The notes beneath the pieces were generated by a model. It had not been told where the DNA came from. It made no database searches and saw only the letters and a program-made list of their open reading frames with translations. Of a stretch of DNA of 64,000 nucleotides, positions 53,415-63,320 are shown piece after piece. Position 1 is the first letter of the stretch, and the number at the start of each line of letters is the position of its first letter. Location of the stretch: positions 106,894 to 170,893 of IMG/VR virus record IMGVR_UViG_3300002144_000477; one strand, given 5' to 3'. The translations under genes were made by a program, and so were the position numbers. This DNA is from a virus.

Positions 53415-54320
53415 TTACTTTGCTGAGGTAAAGTACCCGGCTGTTTCGTATTCTTTTAATATTGACTCGTCAATGCTTTCTTTCTCGGCCTGGCGCTGTC
53501 TGTAATTGTCAAGTCCGCCTGCCTCTGCTAACGGAACGTGTACTTCAACAGTTTCCTCACCGCGGCGATTTTTACCACCTTTTTTTACGTGTTCTTTGCC
53601 ATACTTCTCAACAGCCTGCTCATAACCCATGCTAGTTTGTTTCCAAACTAGTTCACTATCATCTTGCTTCTTGCCGTTGATCCAACTTGCCTCTGCCACA
53701 CCTTGCTCTGGCTTGGATAGTTTACGCTCATTAATACCAAGTTCACGCATTACTTCTTTAACCATACCGCTAACATCGCTTGTGCCTAGTTCTTGTGCGC
53801 CTACATGAAATTCAGCAACACTGTCAATGGCCTGTGTTAATGCACCGATATCACTGTCTTTTAAAACTTTGTTTAACAAATCCCTGTCATTCATAAAGCG
53901 GTTAGCAATTGCACTAGCAACTTCGTCTTGTGTAGCACCATCTTCTTGCTCTGATTCTTTAAACTCATTATCTTCTTCATCTTGATCAACAAAGCTGCCA
54001 ATGGCGTCTTTATATTGTTGTACGATACCAGCTTGCTCAGCTGCTTTGTATACGTCCATTACTTGTTGCATCTGTTGCTGAGTTGGTTTACCGCGCTCAA
54101 TCGCTTCAATGGCTCGCATAACATCCAATGTCAGTTGATCATCTCTAATACGTGGCAAAAGATCGATTACAACATGCATGATCATTTTGCCATCGCTTGC
54201 ATAACCAGCTGGGTATGTTTCTTTACCAGTTTCTGGTCCAAATGTGATACCCGACTCGGTTACTTCAATGGACTCAACAACTCGAGTCTTCTTTTTAATA
54301 TTAAATTGCGATATAAGCAC
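53415..54320 (-). CDS. acidic hypothetical protein, possible virion internal protein
   Basis: AAGGA SD with GTG start; many [VIL]-x-E motifs. Confidence 0.7.
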   Translation of the reverse strand: MLISQFNIKKKTRVVESIEVTESGITFGPETGKETYPAGYASDGKMIMHVVIDLLPRIRDDQLTLDVMRAIEAIERGKPTQQQMQQVMDVYKAAEQAGIVQQYKDAIGSFVDQDEEDNEFKESEQEDGATQDEVASAIANRFMNDRDLLNKVLKDSDIGALTQAIDSVAEFHVGAQELGTSDVSGMVKEVMRELGINERKLSKPEQGVAEASWINGKKQDDSELVWKQTSMGYEQAVEKYGKEHVKKGGKNRRGEETVEVHVPLAEAGGLDNYRQRQAEKESIDESILKEYETAGYFTSAK

Positions 54321-54332
54321 AGTCAGTATCCT

Positions 54333-54800
54333 TTATTGTGTTTTAATTTTCTGCAAGACACTTTTAACTTGATTAGCCATTGCAGGATCAGCCATTGCTG
54401 CCTGTACCTTAGACCCAATCGCCGCTGCATTTTGTGGATCATCGGCACCTTTAGTTGGGTCAATGTCGACTCCGGCTGTCTTAAGTTGATTTAAGTTGGA
54501 CTTGATTGTATTCTGTTGTCTAATGTCGTCTGGGGAAGGCTGACCGCCAGTTGGTGCTGGACCATTATCTGCACCAAATTCTTTTAAATATGTATCTTTA
54601 AACTGCGACAATTTTTCTCTTAGTGCATGAACACGGTCTTCTAAATCAGTTGACTCGACTGCTTCTTCGTCGGTTGCAAATTCGTCGAACTCATTTGCTT
54701 CATCATCAGAAGTGTTGTAGCTACCGTCTGAGTTAAAGCCGCCCTCTTCGATAGCTTCAAGGCTGCGTAAATGTTCAATTAGTTTGGAAAAATCATTCAT
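54333..54800 (-). CDS. acidic hypothetical protein
   Basis: ORF in late-like operon. Confidence 0.7.
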   Translation of the reverse strand: MNDFSKLIEHLRSLEAIEEGGFNSDGSYNTSDDEANEFDEFATDEEAVESTDLEDRVHALREKLSQFKDTYLKEFGADNGPAPTGGQPSPDDIRQQNTIKSNLNQLKTAGVDIDPTKGADDPQNAAAIGSKVQAAMADPAMANQVKSVLQKIKTQ

Positions 54801-54801
54801 T

Positions 54802-55257
54802 TTATTTCGCTACTTTCTTCGTTTTAACACGCTTGATGGTACCTGGTCCGCCATTTGCAAAACCATTTCCGCCATTTATACTAGTAGCAACACCGCCGGT
54901 GCTAGTAGTTTCGTCTAATAGACTATTGTACAGTTCTTCGGCCCGACCTTCGCTGAATGCATCAACGGGAGTGTCCGGTACGGCTACTGTACTATCCTGT
55001 TGTTTTTCAATTGCATTGTATTCTAAGCCCTCGGCAACTGCGCTTAGGTAGTCTGCGGCTTTGGATAGCTTAGATTGCATCCATGCTTCTAATCCTTCCA
55101 TTTCGCTTACGGACTTTAGAAGGCTATGAATGCGAATAGCGTCCTTGGCAGCAAAATAGCATTGCTGGCGTGCCATTTGCACTTCGTGATCTAAGTCCAT
55201 CTCTAACGCTTTTTCAGCGATATCAGAACGTTCTGTTATAAAATCTTGTGGTTTCAT
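54802..55257 (-). CDS. hypothetical protein
   Basis: DHEVQMAR...WMQSKLSKAADYL; TAAATA at 55291-55296. Confidence 0.7.
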   Translation of the reverse strand: MKPQDFITERSDIAEKALEMDLDHEVQMARQQCYFAAKDAIRIHSLLKSVSEMEGLEAWMQSKLSKAADYLSAVAEGLEYNAIEKQQDSTVAVPDTPVDAFSEGRAEELYNSLLDETTSTGGVATSINGGNGFANGGPGTIKRVKTKKVAK

Positions 55258-55301
55258 GTTGTCTTAGCCCAAAAATTGTTGTATTAATACTATTTATGCT
55301 A

Positions 55302-55589
55302 TTAAAAAAATACACGAAAGTTAGTTTTTAAGTCTCGCTTGCGCTCATCGCGAACATCAATTTTTTCTACTTTGAATTCGCCAATGCCTTTTACTTTTTC
55401 AATTTTAATATCGTAAGTCTGACGTTCGTCAAACTCTACTGTTAAGTTTTCACGAAGGTACTTTTCTTGGGTATTCCAACGAAACACTCGCTCAGTGAAC
55501 AACGTATTATTAACCCAAACCCGATAAACCGGAGCTGAATCATTGGGCTTAATGCATAGTAAATCAAATTCTACTGTTACTGTACTCAT
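55302..55589 (-). CDS. hypothetical beta-rich protein
   Basis: ATGA coupling. Confidence 0.7.
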   Translation of the reverse strand: MSTVTVEFDLLCIKPNDSAPVYRVWVNNTLFTERVFRWNTQEKYLRENLTVEFDERQTYDIKIEKVKGIGEFKVEKIDVRDERKRDLKTNFRVFF

Positions 55590-56980
55590 AGTGCGATTCC
55601 TCTGCTGCCGACTCCGCCTTTTTTGCGTTTTGCTTTTAGGTCTTGGTAGGCTTGATCTAGTGCTGTTAACATAGCAGGTAATGCAGATTTTGTCAACAAG
55701 TATTTTGCCTGCTGTGCTTGCTCCGGATCCATTGATGCAATACGTTCTGCTAAGTCTTTAAATTTTTCTGTTAAGTTACGATGTAACGATGCAATAGTGT
55801 AGACTCCGACTCCTGGCACATGCACTTCACTTTGTGTCATTGGGTCATTTTTATTGATATTATACAAACTTTCTGCAATGCCTAAGTTGTATGCTTTAAT
55901 TACACCATTGGTCTTTGCTTCAGGTGGGCGACCGTCTTTGGTAACACGGTTACCAAACTTTTTAGCTTGTTTAATAAGTTCAGTTGGTCCTACATCTGCG
56001 GTAGTATTAACTCCGGGTACTATACGGCCAACTCCTTCGCTTACTCGAGGAGGTTGGTTGCCCAATCGTTGTTTAGAAAAATCTAAATGTGGTGCTGTTG
56101 GACTAGATTGCTTACGCTTACCTTGCCAAGTACTGTTTTGACTACTAGAATCTGTGCGTAGTTGGTTATCAATTTCTTGGCCAATCTCTGCTTTAATTCC
56201 GTCTTTGCTAATTCGACTTATACTGTCGGCACTGCGCATTAATGTAATTAATGCACTTAAATCATTTGCTTGCGCGGGCCCAGCGGCAGTACTTAATGCA
56301 AGAGCCGCTGATGCTAGTTTGCCCTTCCACCCCTCAGTTACTGACTCGGTTACGGGCCCAGATGCTAATTTGTTGTCCATGGTTGCTTTAACTTCGTTAT
56401 TGTATCCGCCGAACAGATCTTTAATGATGGCTTTTCGCTTTTCGTCGTCGGCTTGTGCATAATCTGCACGTACTTGGGTAGCACTACGCATTGGAGCACC
56501 CAGTACTGTGAAATCTAGTGTAGGCACAGTAGTGATGTATCCGTGCGTATCCATGGAATCAGCATCGGCAACAGATGCTGGTAGAGGTTGTAAGTAGCCG
56601 GCAGATCCGTCTTTTTTCGGCTTAAAACTAAACCGAGGATCTTCGTCCATATCTTTATTACTAACAGCAAAAATTAACACAGTAGATGCTGGATTAAAGT
56701 GTTGTGTTAGCTCAGGTACTGCATAAGGGTTTTTAGTTTCGATGACACGGTCAGCAGGGATACCAGCGAGTTGCATCATTTGCAGTTTTTCGCTGAAGGT
56801 AAATGGACTTTTTGGTAATTCGACTTTGTTACTAGTAGCAATCCATACGTTGTCTCTGCCGTACTGACTCACTAACGCATTGTACATGCTAGCATGCCCT
56901 TTGTGAAAGGGGTGGAACCTGCCGGGTAAAATTGCTACTACCCGGCGTTGCTCCTCTTCGAATAAATCTGCAACAAACAT
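55586..56980 (-). CDS. HxGH nucleotidyltransferase-like domain fused to modular C-terminal segments
   Basis: PGRFHPFHKGH, SPFTFSEK, SATQVR; TAAATA at 57006-57011. Confidence 0.7.
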   Translation of the reverse strand: MFVADLFEEEQRRVVAILPGRFHPFHKGHASMYNALVSQYGRDNVWIATSNKVELPKSPFTFSEKLQMMQLAGIPADRVIETKNPYAVPELTQHFNPASTVLIFAVSNKDMDEDPRFSFKPKKDGSAGYLQPLPASVADADSMDTHGYITTVPTLDFTVLGAPMRSATQVRADYAQADDEKRKAIIKDLFGGYNNEVKATMDNKLASGPVTESVTEGWKGKLASAALALSTAAGPAQANDLSALITLMRSADSISRISKDGIKAEIGQEIDNQLRTDSSSQNSTWQGKRKQSSPTAPHLDFSKQRLGNQPPRVSEGVGRIVPGVNTTADVGPTELIKQAKKFGNRVTKDGRPPEAKTNGVIKAYNLGIAESLYNINKNDPMTQSEVHVPGVGVYTIASLHRNLTEKFKDLAERIASMDPEQAQQAKYLLTKSALPAMLTALDQAYQDLKAKRKKGGVGSRGIAL

Positions 56981-57019
56981 GTATTAGTCCTTATATCTAT
57001 TGCAGTATTTATGACAGGT

Positions 57020-57544
57020 CTATTTGAACTGATCTAAGATCCAGACATAGATCGGAGTTTTAAAATTGAAGCAATACGCCCCGTTCCACCCCATAACATT
57101 GCATCCTGGGATTGTTTTAACATCGGATTCGCCTTGATAAGTAACAGGCTCCTCAAGCTCATAGTAACCAACATCTTCAGATAAGCTAAAGTCAGACCCA
57201 ACTGGTAATACAATACCATCAATTTCTAATCCAGTAACGGTCAGTAGCATGTCTGCTACTATTTCAAATTTATCAGGGTTATCGTACTGGTCTTTTTTTG
57301 TATCGCTAGGCTCTTTGTTTAGAAAATGGACTCGTAATACACCGGGGATAGCGCCGGAATTAGTGTTCACTGGAAATGCCTTACTAACTTTAACTTCCTT
57401 GATTTGGCCAGATGCAAGGTTGAACTCAGTTGGCGGGTATACTTCATCGCCGTCGATTGTTATTTTATACATAGGGCGTTTATCCCAAAACTCTCCCTTG
57501 ATTCCAACGATAAAATCTACGTTTTCCATATCACTCATTTTCAT
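57020..57544 (-). CDS. hypothetical protein
   Basis: MGWNG...TPIYVWIL; start 57538 or 57544. Confidence 0.7.
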   Translation of the reverse strand: MKMSDMENVDFIVGIKGEFWDKRPMYKITIDGDEVYPPTEFNLASGQIKEVKVSKAFPVNTNSGAIPGVLRVHFLNKEPSDTKKDQYDNPDKFEIVADMLLTVTGLEIDGIVLPVGSDFSLSEDVGYYELEEPVTYQGESDVKTIPGCNVMGWNGAYCFNFKTPIYVWILDQFK

Positions 57545-58346
57545 TTTCCTTTTTAGGTAACTTCATTTTTAATGTATCTAACAATGCAGGTGGAACGTCT
57601 TGATTTCCTGCATATCCTGACACGTCGCCTTGCGGTTGTGCAAACGCTGGCATCTTAGATAAATCGCCGGTAAATTCGAAGTGCCCGAGATGATTTAACA
57701 ATACTCCGCCGTGTGCCCATATTTCACCGCCTAGCTTTTTCCATCTCTTACAGAATGCCCAGTCTTCACTTAAGTATCTGCCAGTGTGATCAATGTACGT
57801 ATCAAAAATAGCATACATGTGTGGTTCAAATTCTTTACCGTAATTTACATCGTCGATGTATTTTGTTTCAGGATACGACTTAATCATACGCTCGTAAACA
57901 TGACGCTTAAACATTAAGAATCCGTTACCGAGAGTCTCTACAGTAAACAATTGCCCTTGAATTTGGGTTTCTTCTGCTAGGTTTAAGTTGTAGTCAATGG
58001 GCAATCCTTTTTTAGGATAAATTCCGCCAATCACATCTTTGTCAGCTACTAGCATTCCAACGATAGCCATTGGCTCAAACCTAATGTCTGCGTCAATGAA
58101 CATGAAATGCGTAGCATCTGGATTTGCCATCATTTTAGCACATAAGTTATTACGGGCTCTGGTTACTAACGACTCATTGGAAATAGTGTCAAACGACCAC
58201 TCTAGTCCAATTGCCTTAGCTACTAGTATAAATTTAAACATACTAGTCATAGTAGCTTCGCTAACCATGCCGCCATAGCAAGGCATAGATATATGAAGAT
58301 GGAACTTTGTAAAGTCCACTCCTTGTTGTTCAGTTTGTTCTGTCAT
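57531..58346 (-). CDS. GT-A glycosyltransferase-like protein
   Basis: MPCYGG, ESLVTRARN, FIDAD (DxD), YLSEDWAFC, LNHLG. Confidence 0.75.
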   Translation of the reverse strand: MTEQTEQQGVDFTKFHLHISMPCYGGMVSEATMTSMFKFILVAKAIGLEWSFDTISNESLVTRARNNLCAKMMANPDATHFMFIDADIRFEPMAIVGMLVADKDVIGGIYPKKGLPIDYNLNLAEETQIQGQLFTVETLGNGFLMFKRHVYERMIKSYPETKYIDDVNYGKEFEPHMYAIFDTYIDHTGRYLSEDWAFCKRWKKLGGEIWAHGGVLLNHLGHFEFTGDLSKMPAFAQPQGDVSGYAGNQDVPPALLDTLKMKLPKKENENE

Positions 58347-58352
58347 TTAACT

Positions 58353-58520
58353 TTATGCTTTTTCTGCTTCGACGATGATACCATCGCCTACTAGTTGAGA
58401 TACAACTTCTTCTAAACTTGATACCACATCGTCCGAGATTAGGTCGGACTCGGTTCCGTCGTTTTTAATTAATTTACTTACTTTAATAACGATAATTTGT
58501 TCTTGGACTTTTGCCATCAT
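58353..58520 (-). CDS. 55-aa hypothetical protein (MMAKVQEQIIVIKVSKL...)
   Basis: AAGGAG SD, TAAATA at 58545-58550; absent from ORF track. Confidence 0.7.
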   Translation of the reverse strand: MMAKVQEQIIVIKVSKLIKNDGTESDLISDDVVSSLEEVVSQLVGDGIIVEAEKA

Positions 58521-58547
58521 GGACTCCTTGATTTAATATACAAATAT

Positions 58548-59276
58548 TTATTTGCTAACTTCGACCGTGTTTATTTTCAATACTGCGTTTGGTAAAATTA
58601 AATCTAGAAATGTAAGAAAATCTAAATCGTTTGCGTAAAACCATATATTGTATAACCACCGTGTTCGTGTTAACATTTCTTCAACTGTCTTGCTGAGTAA
58701 TACATTATCGCCTTGATTTACCAGCAGTGTGTAAACACTGTTAACTAGCTCGTCGCTTGCTCGTCTATTTTCACGTAGTACAATTTTATAGCGGTACCCG
58801 TTTGATTGCTTTCTTAAGATAGCACCATTGGTAAGTGCAGTTAGATCGTACGAACTATGCGGCGCCATAACTTCCCGGATCGCTTCAGTAAATCCAAGAT
58901 AAGCCAAATCTCGTTTTAAGTCATCTTCGGACCTGGCATAGACCGTTACAAACGGTTCTTCTATTCTGATCTTAATGTTGTCTTTATTATTGCCACCGAG
59001 ATGAGCTTTAAAATGGTCCAATTGAACCGGGTCCATTGTACCAGTTTTGTGAAACGGCACAAACCAACTACCAGCTACACTGTTGTAGTTGCGAGCACTA
59101 GTAATACGCCAGTCCACGTATTCATTAGCAGTCTTCCATCTAGACCCACTGGCTCTTAAGTAGCCACAGCCCGGAACATGATATTTTGCTGAAGCAACAA
59201 ACTCCCCAAACTTAATGGCAGTTGTTGCTTGTAACTTAATCTTTGGATTTAATGTTGTCCAGTATGATGTATCCAT
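58548..59276 (-). CDS. hypothetical protein
   Basis: 242-aa ORF overlapping clpA end. Confidence 0.7.
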   Translation of the reverse strand: MDTSYWTTLNPKIKLQATTAIKFGEFVASAKYHVPGCGYLRASGSRWKTANEYVDWRITSARNYNSVAGSWFVPFHKTGTMDPVQLDHFKAHLGGNNKDNIKIRIEEPFVTVYARSEDDLKRDLAYLGFTEAIREVMAPHSSYDLTALTNGAILRKQSNGYRYKIVLRENRRASDELVNSVYTLLVNQGDNVLLSKTVEEMLTRTRWLYNIWFYANDLDFLTFLDLILPNAVLKINTVEVSK

Positions 59277-61548
59277 CTTCGTCCACAGTTGGTTGTAATA
59301 GGTCCACTTGATGTTGAGTAATATCGAATGTCATTACTCCGTCATTAACGTCAACAATAATTATACTATTTGCAGGAACTGGATCAAATATCAATTTCTT
59401 GGATAGTGGAATTTTAATAAGTTCGTTAATTTTTCGTCCCAGTGGACGAGCACCCATCTTAACGTCGTATCCTACTTCGGCTAAATGATCAACAGCTTGT
59501 TCCGTTAGACGAAGTTTTAAATTCTTCTCACTGAGCAAGTCATTAAGTTCATTGATAAACTTACCAACAATCTTTTTAATGCTCATTTGATCTAATTTGT
59601 TAAACTTACAAATACCGTCTAATCTATTTCTAAATTCCGGTTTAAAGAAGTTCTTAACTGCTTTATCATCTTCACCTGTTTTCTGGAAATCTCGGCCTAG
59701 TCCAATTGCATTTTGATCGCTTGCTGAGGCGCCTAAGTTACTAGTCAGGATAATAATAGCATTACGTGCATCGGCTTTTTTACCGTTGCTACTAGTAACT
59801 GCACCTTCGTCTAATAGCGATAACAATACATTGCTTACATCTGGGTGTGCTTTTTCAATTTCGTCAAACAGTATAATACAGTTAGGATTCTTTTCGATAT
59901 CACTTACTAGTAAGCCGCCACCGAGATTAGCATCGTCGTAGCCTACATATCCTGGGGGCGCACCGATTAACTTAGCTGCCGCATGCTTTTCTTGATACTC
60001 ACTCATGTCGTAGCGCAACATTTTCATACCAGTATGTTCTGAAATTAGTTTTGCAAGTTCGGTCTTACCAGTACCAGTTGGGCCAAGGAACAGGAAGCTA
60101 CCAATTGGTTTGTTAACTGCTTTTAATCCAGCTTTGCTTACGTAAATACTTTCCATTAGCGTATCTACTACTTGATCTTGTCCAAATAGCTTATCTTTAA
60201 TGTGATGTTCTAGCCCAGTGATATTTTCAGTTGGTCCGTCGGCGCCTAATTGCTCAACTGGAATCTTTGTAGCTTTACTTAACGCTTCAACGATATCTTT
60301 TTTAGTTAGTGTCCAATTAACTCGTTTAAGTTTAACCTTAGCGCATGCTGTATCAACAAGATCTAGTGCCTTGTCTGGTAACCGTTTGTCAGCCATATAC
60401 CGCACACTCAAATTAACTGCTGCTTCTAGTGCTGATGGGTCAATGGTGCCGTTGTGGAATTTTTCATAGTACGGTTTAACGCCGTTTAGAATTTTCTTAG
60501 CAACATCAGGCGTTGGCTCTTCTACTGTCAGACGGTAGAAACGACGCATTAATGCACGATCCTTTTCAAATGACTGCGTGTACTCTTCCCAGGTAGTGCT
60601 TGCAATAATTTTAACTTCGCCTTTGCTAATTGCAGGCTTAATCATATTAGCGAAGTCTACGCTAGAGCTTGACCCGGCGCCTGCACCTTTCATTTGATGT
60701 GCTTCATCAATGAATAAAATGCAATTCTTTTTAGATTTAAGCGCTTTAATAATACCTTGCAAGCGCTCTTCGAACTCTCCGCGATACTTTGCCCCAGCGA
60801 GTAGCGAGCCGATGTCTAAATTCCATACAACAAAGTTTTTAAGGTAGTCCGGTACTAATCCGTCTACAATACTTTTTGCAAGGCCTTCGGCGATTGCAGT
60901 TTTGCCAACGCCGGGGTCACCTACTAACAAAATATTACTTTTTGTACGTTTAGCAAGTACTTGGCTAATCTCCTCGATTTCAAATTCTCTGCCAAATACT
61001 GTATCAATTTGATTATCTTCAGCTAGGGCGTTAAGGTTTGTACAATACTGTGCTAGGATTTCGTCTGCCTGCTTACTAGTTCGTATATCTGCGTTAGTTG
61101 TTGCTGGCCACGATTCGTTGTACGCTTGCACTAAATCTCCTCGGTCAATTCCATACTTAAGCATAAAATATACTGCATGGCTATTGTTTTCCTGCGATAA
61201 ACTTAGATACAAATCAATGATCTGAACATGACTTCTATTGCTGAATAGCACCTGTGTAAATGCTCGATTAAACACTCGCTCTAGGGCATGTGTTTTGCGT
61301 GGCACTGAATCTACACCTTCTACTGTATTTTTAATAATAAGGTGTGTTTGTTTTTTAATGTATCCATCAACATCAGCAATCATACCTTCGCTGTCGATGC
61401 CTAGTGATGAGAGAATCTCGTAAAACGGTTTATACGATATAATAGCCTTAAGTAAGTGCTCAAGCGTGACGTACTCGTGCTTGTTGTCTCTGGCACAGTC
61501 CATTGCGCTTTGCACAATGTTTTCAATGTCCGGGTTAGTATGAATCAT
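59236..61548 (-). CDS. clpA: ATP-dependent Clp protease ATP-binding subunit
   Basis: HEYVTLEHLL N-domain, GDPGVGKT, GPTGTGKT, DMSEYQE, IGL loop, PEFRNRLD, GARPL. Confidence 0.93.
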   Translation of the reverse strand: MIHTNPDIENIVQSAMDCARDNKHEYVTLEHLLKAIISYKPFYEILSSLGIDSEGMIADVDGYIKKQTHLIIKNTVEGVDSVPRKTHALERVFNRAFTQVLFSNRSHVQIIDLYLSLSQENNSHAVYFMLKYGIDRGDLVQAYNESWPATTNADIRTSKQADEILAQYCTNLNALAEDNQIDTVFGREFEIEEISQVLAKRTKSNILLVGDPGVGKTAIAEGLAKSIVDGLVPDYLKNFVVWNLDIGSLLAGAKYRGEFEERLQGIIKALKSKKNCILFIDEAHQMKGAGAGSSSSVDFANMIKPAISKGEVKIIASTTWEEYTQSFEKDRALMRRFYRLTVEEPTPDVAKKILNGVKPYYEKFHNGTIDPSALEAAVNLSVRYMADKRLPDKALDLVDTACAKVKLKRVNWTLTKKDIVEALSKATKIPVEQLGADGPTENITGLEHHIKDKLFGQDQVVDTLMESIYVSKAGLKAVNKPIGSFLFLGPTGTGKTELAKLISEHTGMKMLRYDMSEYQEKHAAAKLIGAPPGYVGYDDANLGGGLLVSDIEKNPNCIILFDEIEKAHPDVSNVLLSLLDEGAVTSSNGKKADARNAIIILTSNLGASASDQNAIGLGRDFQKTGEDDKAVKNFFKPEFRNRLDGICKFNKLDQMSIKKIVGKFINELNDLLSEKNLKLRLTEQAVDHLAEVGYDVKMGARPLGRKINELIKIPLSKKLIFDPVPANSIIIVDVNDGVMTFDITQHQVDLLQPTVDEDGYIILDNIKSKD

Positions 61549-61551
61549 TTG

Positions 61552-62526
61552 TTATCCTTCGTTATCTTTAAGTGCTAACGTATTTAAGTAAGCGTCTAAT
61601 CTTTTTCGATGTTTTATCATCCACTCGTCGTTTACTGTTGCAGTTGGATCGAGTAATTCTTTTAGTTGTTTTACTAACTCTGTCTGTGTATCTGTTAAAT
61701 TTTTAGGTACCTTTACAACAATCGTAACATACAAGTGTCCTCTAACATCAGTACCCTGATGATATAGACCTTGGTTAGCTATTCTCATTTTTATGTTTGG
61801 TTGTGTGCCTGGCGGGATAGTAAGTGAAAATAGTTTATTATCTAATCCCCGAATTTCGGTTTCGCCGCCTAGTATAGCATCAAACGGTGATATCTCTACA
61901 ATTGTGTATAAGTCTGTGTTATTATAACTGAAACGCGGATCATCGTCAACTACTATGTTTACATAAAGGTCGCCTCTGGGCAAACTTTTAAACATATCGT
62001 CGCCGAGTCCGGGATATTTTATTCTGGTACCGGTGCTAGCACCTTTTGGTATAGTTACGTATAATGTTTCGCCTAATCCAGTATCAGTTGTTACATTAAT
62101 AGTCTTGCTTTGAAGTACTAGAGTTTCGTGTAGCGGAATGTGCAAGGTAACTCTGACATCTCGATTCCGCTTTTCTTGTTGAGCATGTTGGTTACCGTTG
62201 TGAGAAAATCCACGAGCAGTAAAACTCCTAAACAAGTCACCAATGTCGTCAGGGAAACTGCCGTCGTCTCCGAAATGAAAGCTAGCAGAATTGCCAAATG
62301 GGCTTCTGCTATTACCGGTATTACCAAACGGAGAGCGTCCCCGTTGATCATACTGTTGTCTGGCAGCAGGGTCTTTTAGTGTGTTATACGCTTCTAGTAT
62401 TGTTTTGAATTTTTCTGCATCGCCACCTTTGTCTGGGTGGTGTTTAGCCGCCAGCCGACGAAAAGCTGATTTAATATCAGCTTCCGTTGCAGTAGTTGAA
62501 ATTCCTAGCGTAGTATAATAAGACAT
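61552..62526 (-). CDS. DnaJ class B/CbpA-like chaperone
   Basis: J-domain HPD, G/F region, C-terminal GDLYV, no zinc finger. Confidence 0.92.
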   Translation of the reverse strand: MSYYTTLGISTTATEADIKSAFRRLAAKHHPDKGGDAEKFKTILEAYNTLKDPAARQQYDQRGRSPFGNTGNSRSPFGNSASFHFGDDGSFPDDIGDLFRSFTARGFSHNGNQHAQQEKRNRDVRVTLHIPLHETLVLQSKTINVTTDTGLGETLYVTIPKGASTGTRIKYPGLGDDMFKSLPRGDLYVNIVVDDDPRFSYNNTDLYTIVEISPFDAILGGETEIRGLDNKLFSLTIPPGTQPNIKMRIANQGLYHQGTDVRGHLYVTIVVKVPKNLTDTQTELVKQLKELLDPTATVNDEWMIKHRKRLDAYLNTLALKDNEG

Positions 62527-62550
62527 TGTACACGTATTTAAACGTGTTGC

Positions 62551-62913
62551 TTACTTGATATCAAATTTAGTTGATTTAGCTGGTTTCGGTGTACTAGTAA
62601 CTTCAGGCTTAACCGGGTCAGGATTATTCATAGCATTTGCATGCTCGACTCTGACTGCCGGGCTTTCTACGCCTTTGCCGCTACTGCTTACACTATTAAC
62701 ATATAAGCCAAACCATGCCGCACCTGCGCCAACTACAACAGATACTAATCCTGCTTGATTCATGTTAGGCTCAGGTAAAGCCATAAACCACTCTACTACA
62801 CGGTAAAGCAAGTAAATGTACATGCTAATAAATGCCCGCGGAAATAGTCTCCAACGGCTAAAGTACTCTGGTGCATACCACCACCAATCGATTTTATTTT
62901 TATGATTATCCAT
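62551..62913 (-). CDS. two-TM membrane protein, holin-like
   Basis: WRLFPR, two TMs, adjacent to spanins. Confidence 0.5.
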   Translation of the reverse strand: MDNHKNKIDWWWYAPEYFSRWRLFPRAFISMYIYLLYRVVEWFMALPEPNMNQAGLVSVVVGAGAAWFGLYVNSVSSSGKGVESPAVRVEHANAMNNPDPVKPEVTSTPKPAKSTKFDIK

Positions 62914-62966
62914 AATGTTGCTCCTAGGCTTGATGCTTGTCCTAGTAGTATTTATGGATTGAATGG

Positions 62967-63320
62967 TTATTTTTTAGGAGTGGCTGGCTCGTAGTAGTCT
63001 TTATAGGCTTTAACTACTGCATTCTGCTGTTGGATGTAACGACGTAGGTCAGCAACGGATAAACTTAATGCTTTATAGCCGTCATCAGTTAATGCAAAAA
63101 ATACTGCATCTTTACCCTCTGCTTCGAGTCTCTTCATTTGCTCCTCGAAGTTCTCGCGAGTTATAATGATAAACTCAACTGGGTATCCAGCGGCGGGTCT
63201 TGGTTGTTCAACATTTAGAGGTGGGCGCTCAATGATTTCAGGTTTAGCGACAATGAGTTCTTTAACGCTGGAACAACCAGTTAATACAACTAGCAGGGTC
63301 ATTAATAGAATTTGTTTCAT
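62967..63320 (-). CDS. o-spanin-like lipoprotein
   Basis: Lipobox LTGC, Pro-rich segment, follows i-spanin-like gene. Confidence 0.65.
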   Translation of the reverse strand: MKQILLMTLLVVLTGCSSVKELIVAKPEIIERPPLNVEQPRPAAGYPVEFIIITRENFEEQMKRLEAEGKDAVFFALTDDGYKALSLSVADLRRYIQQQNAVVKAYKDYYEPATPKK

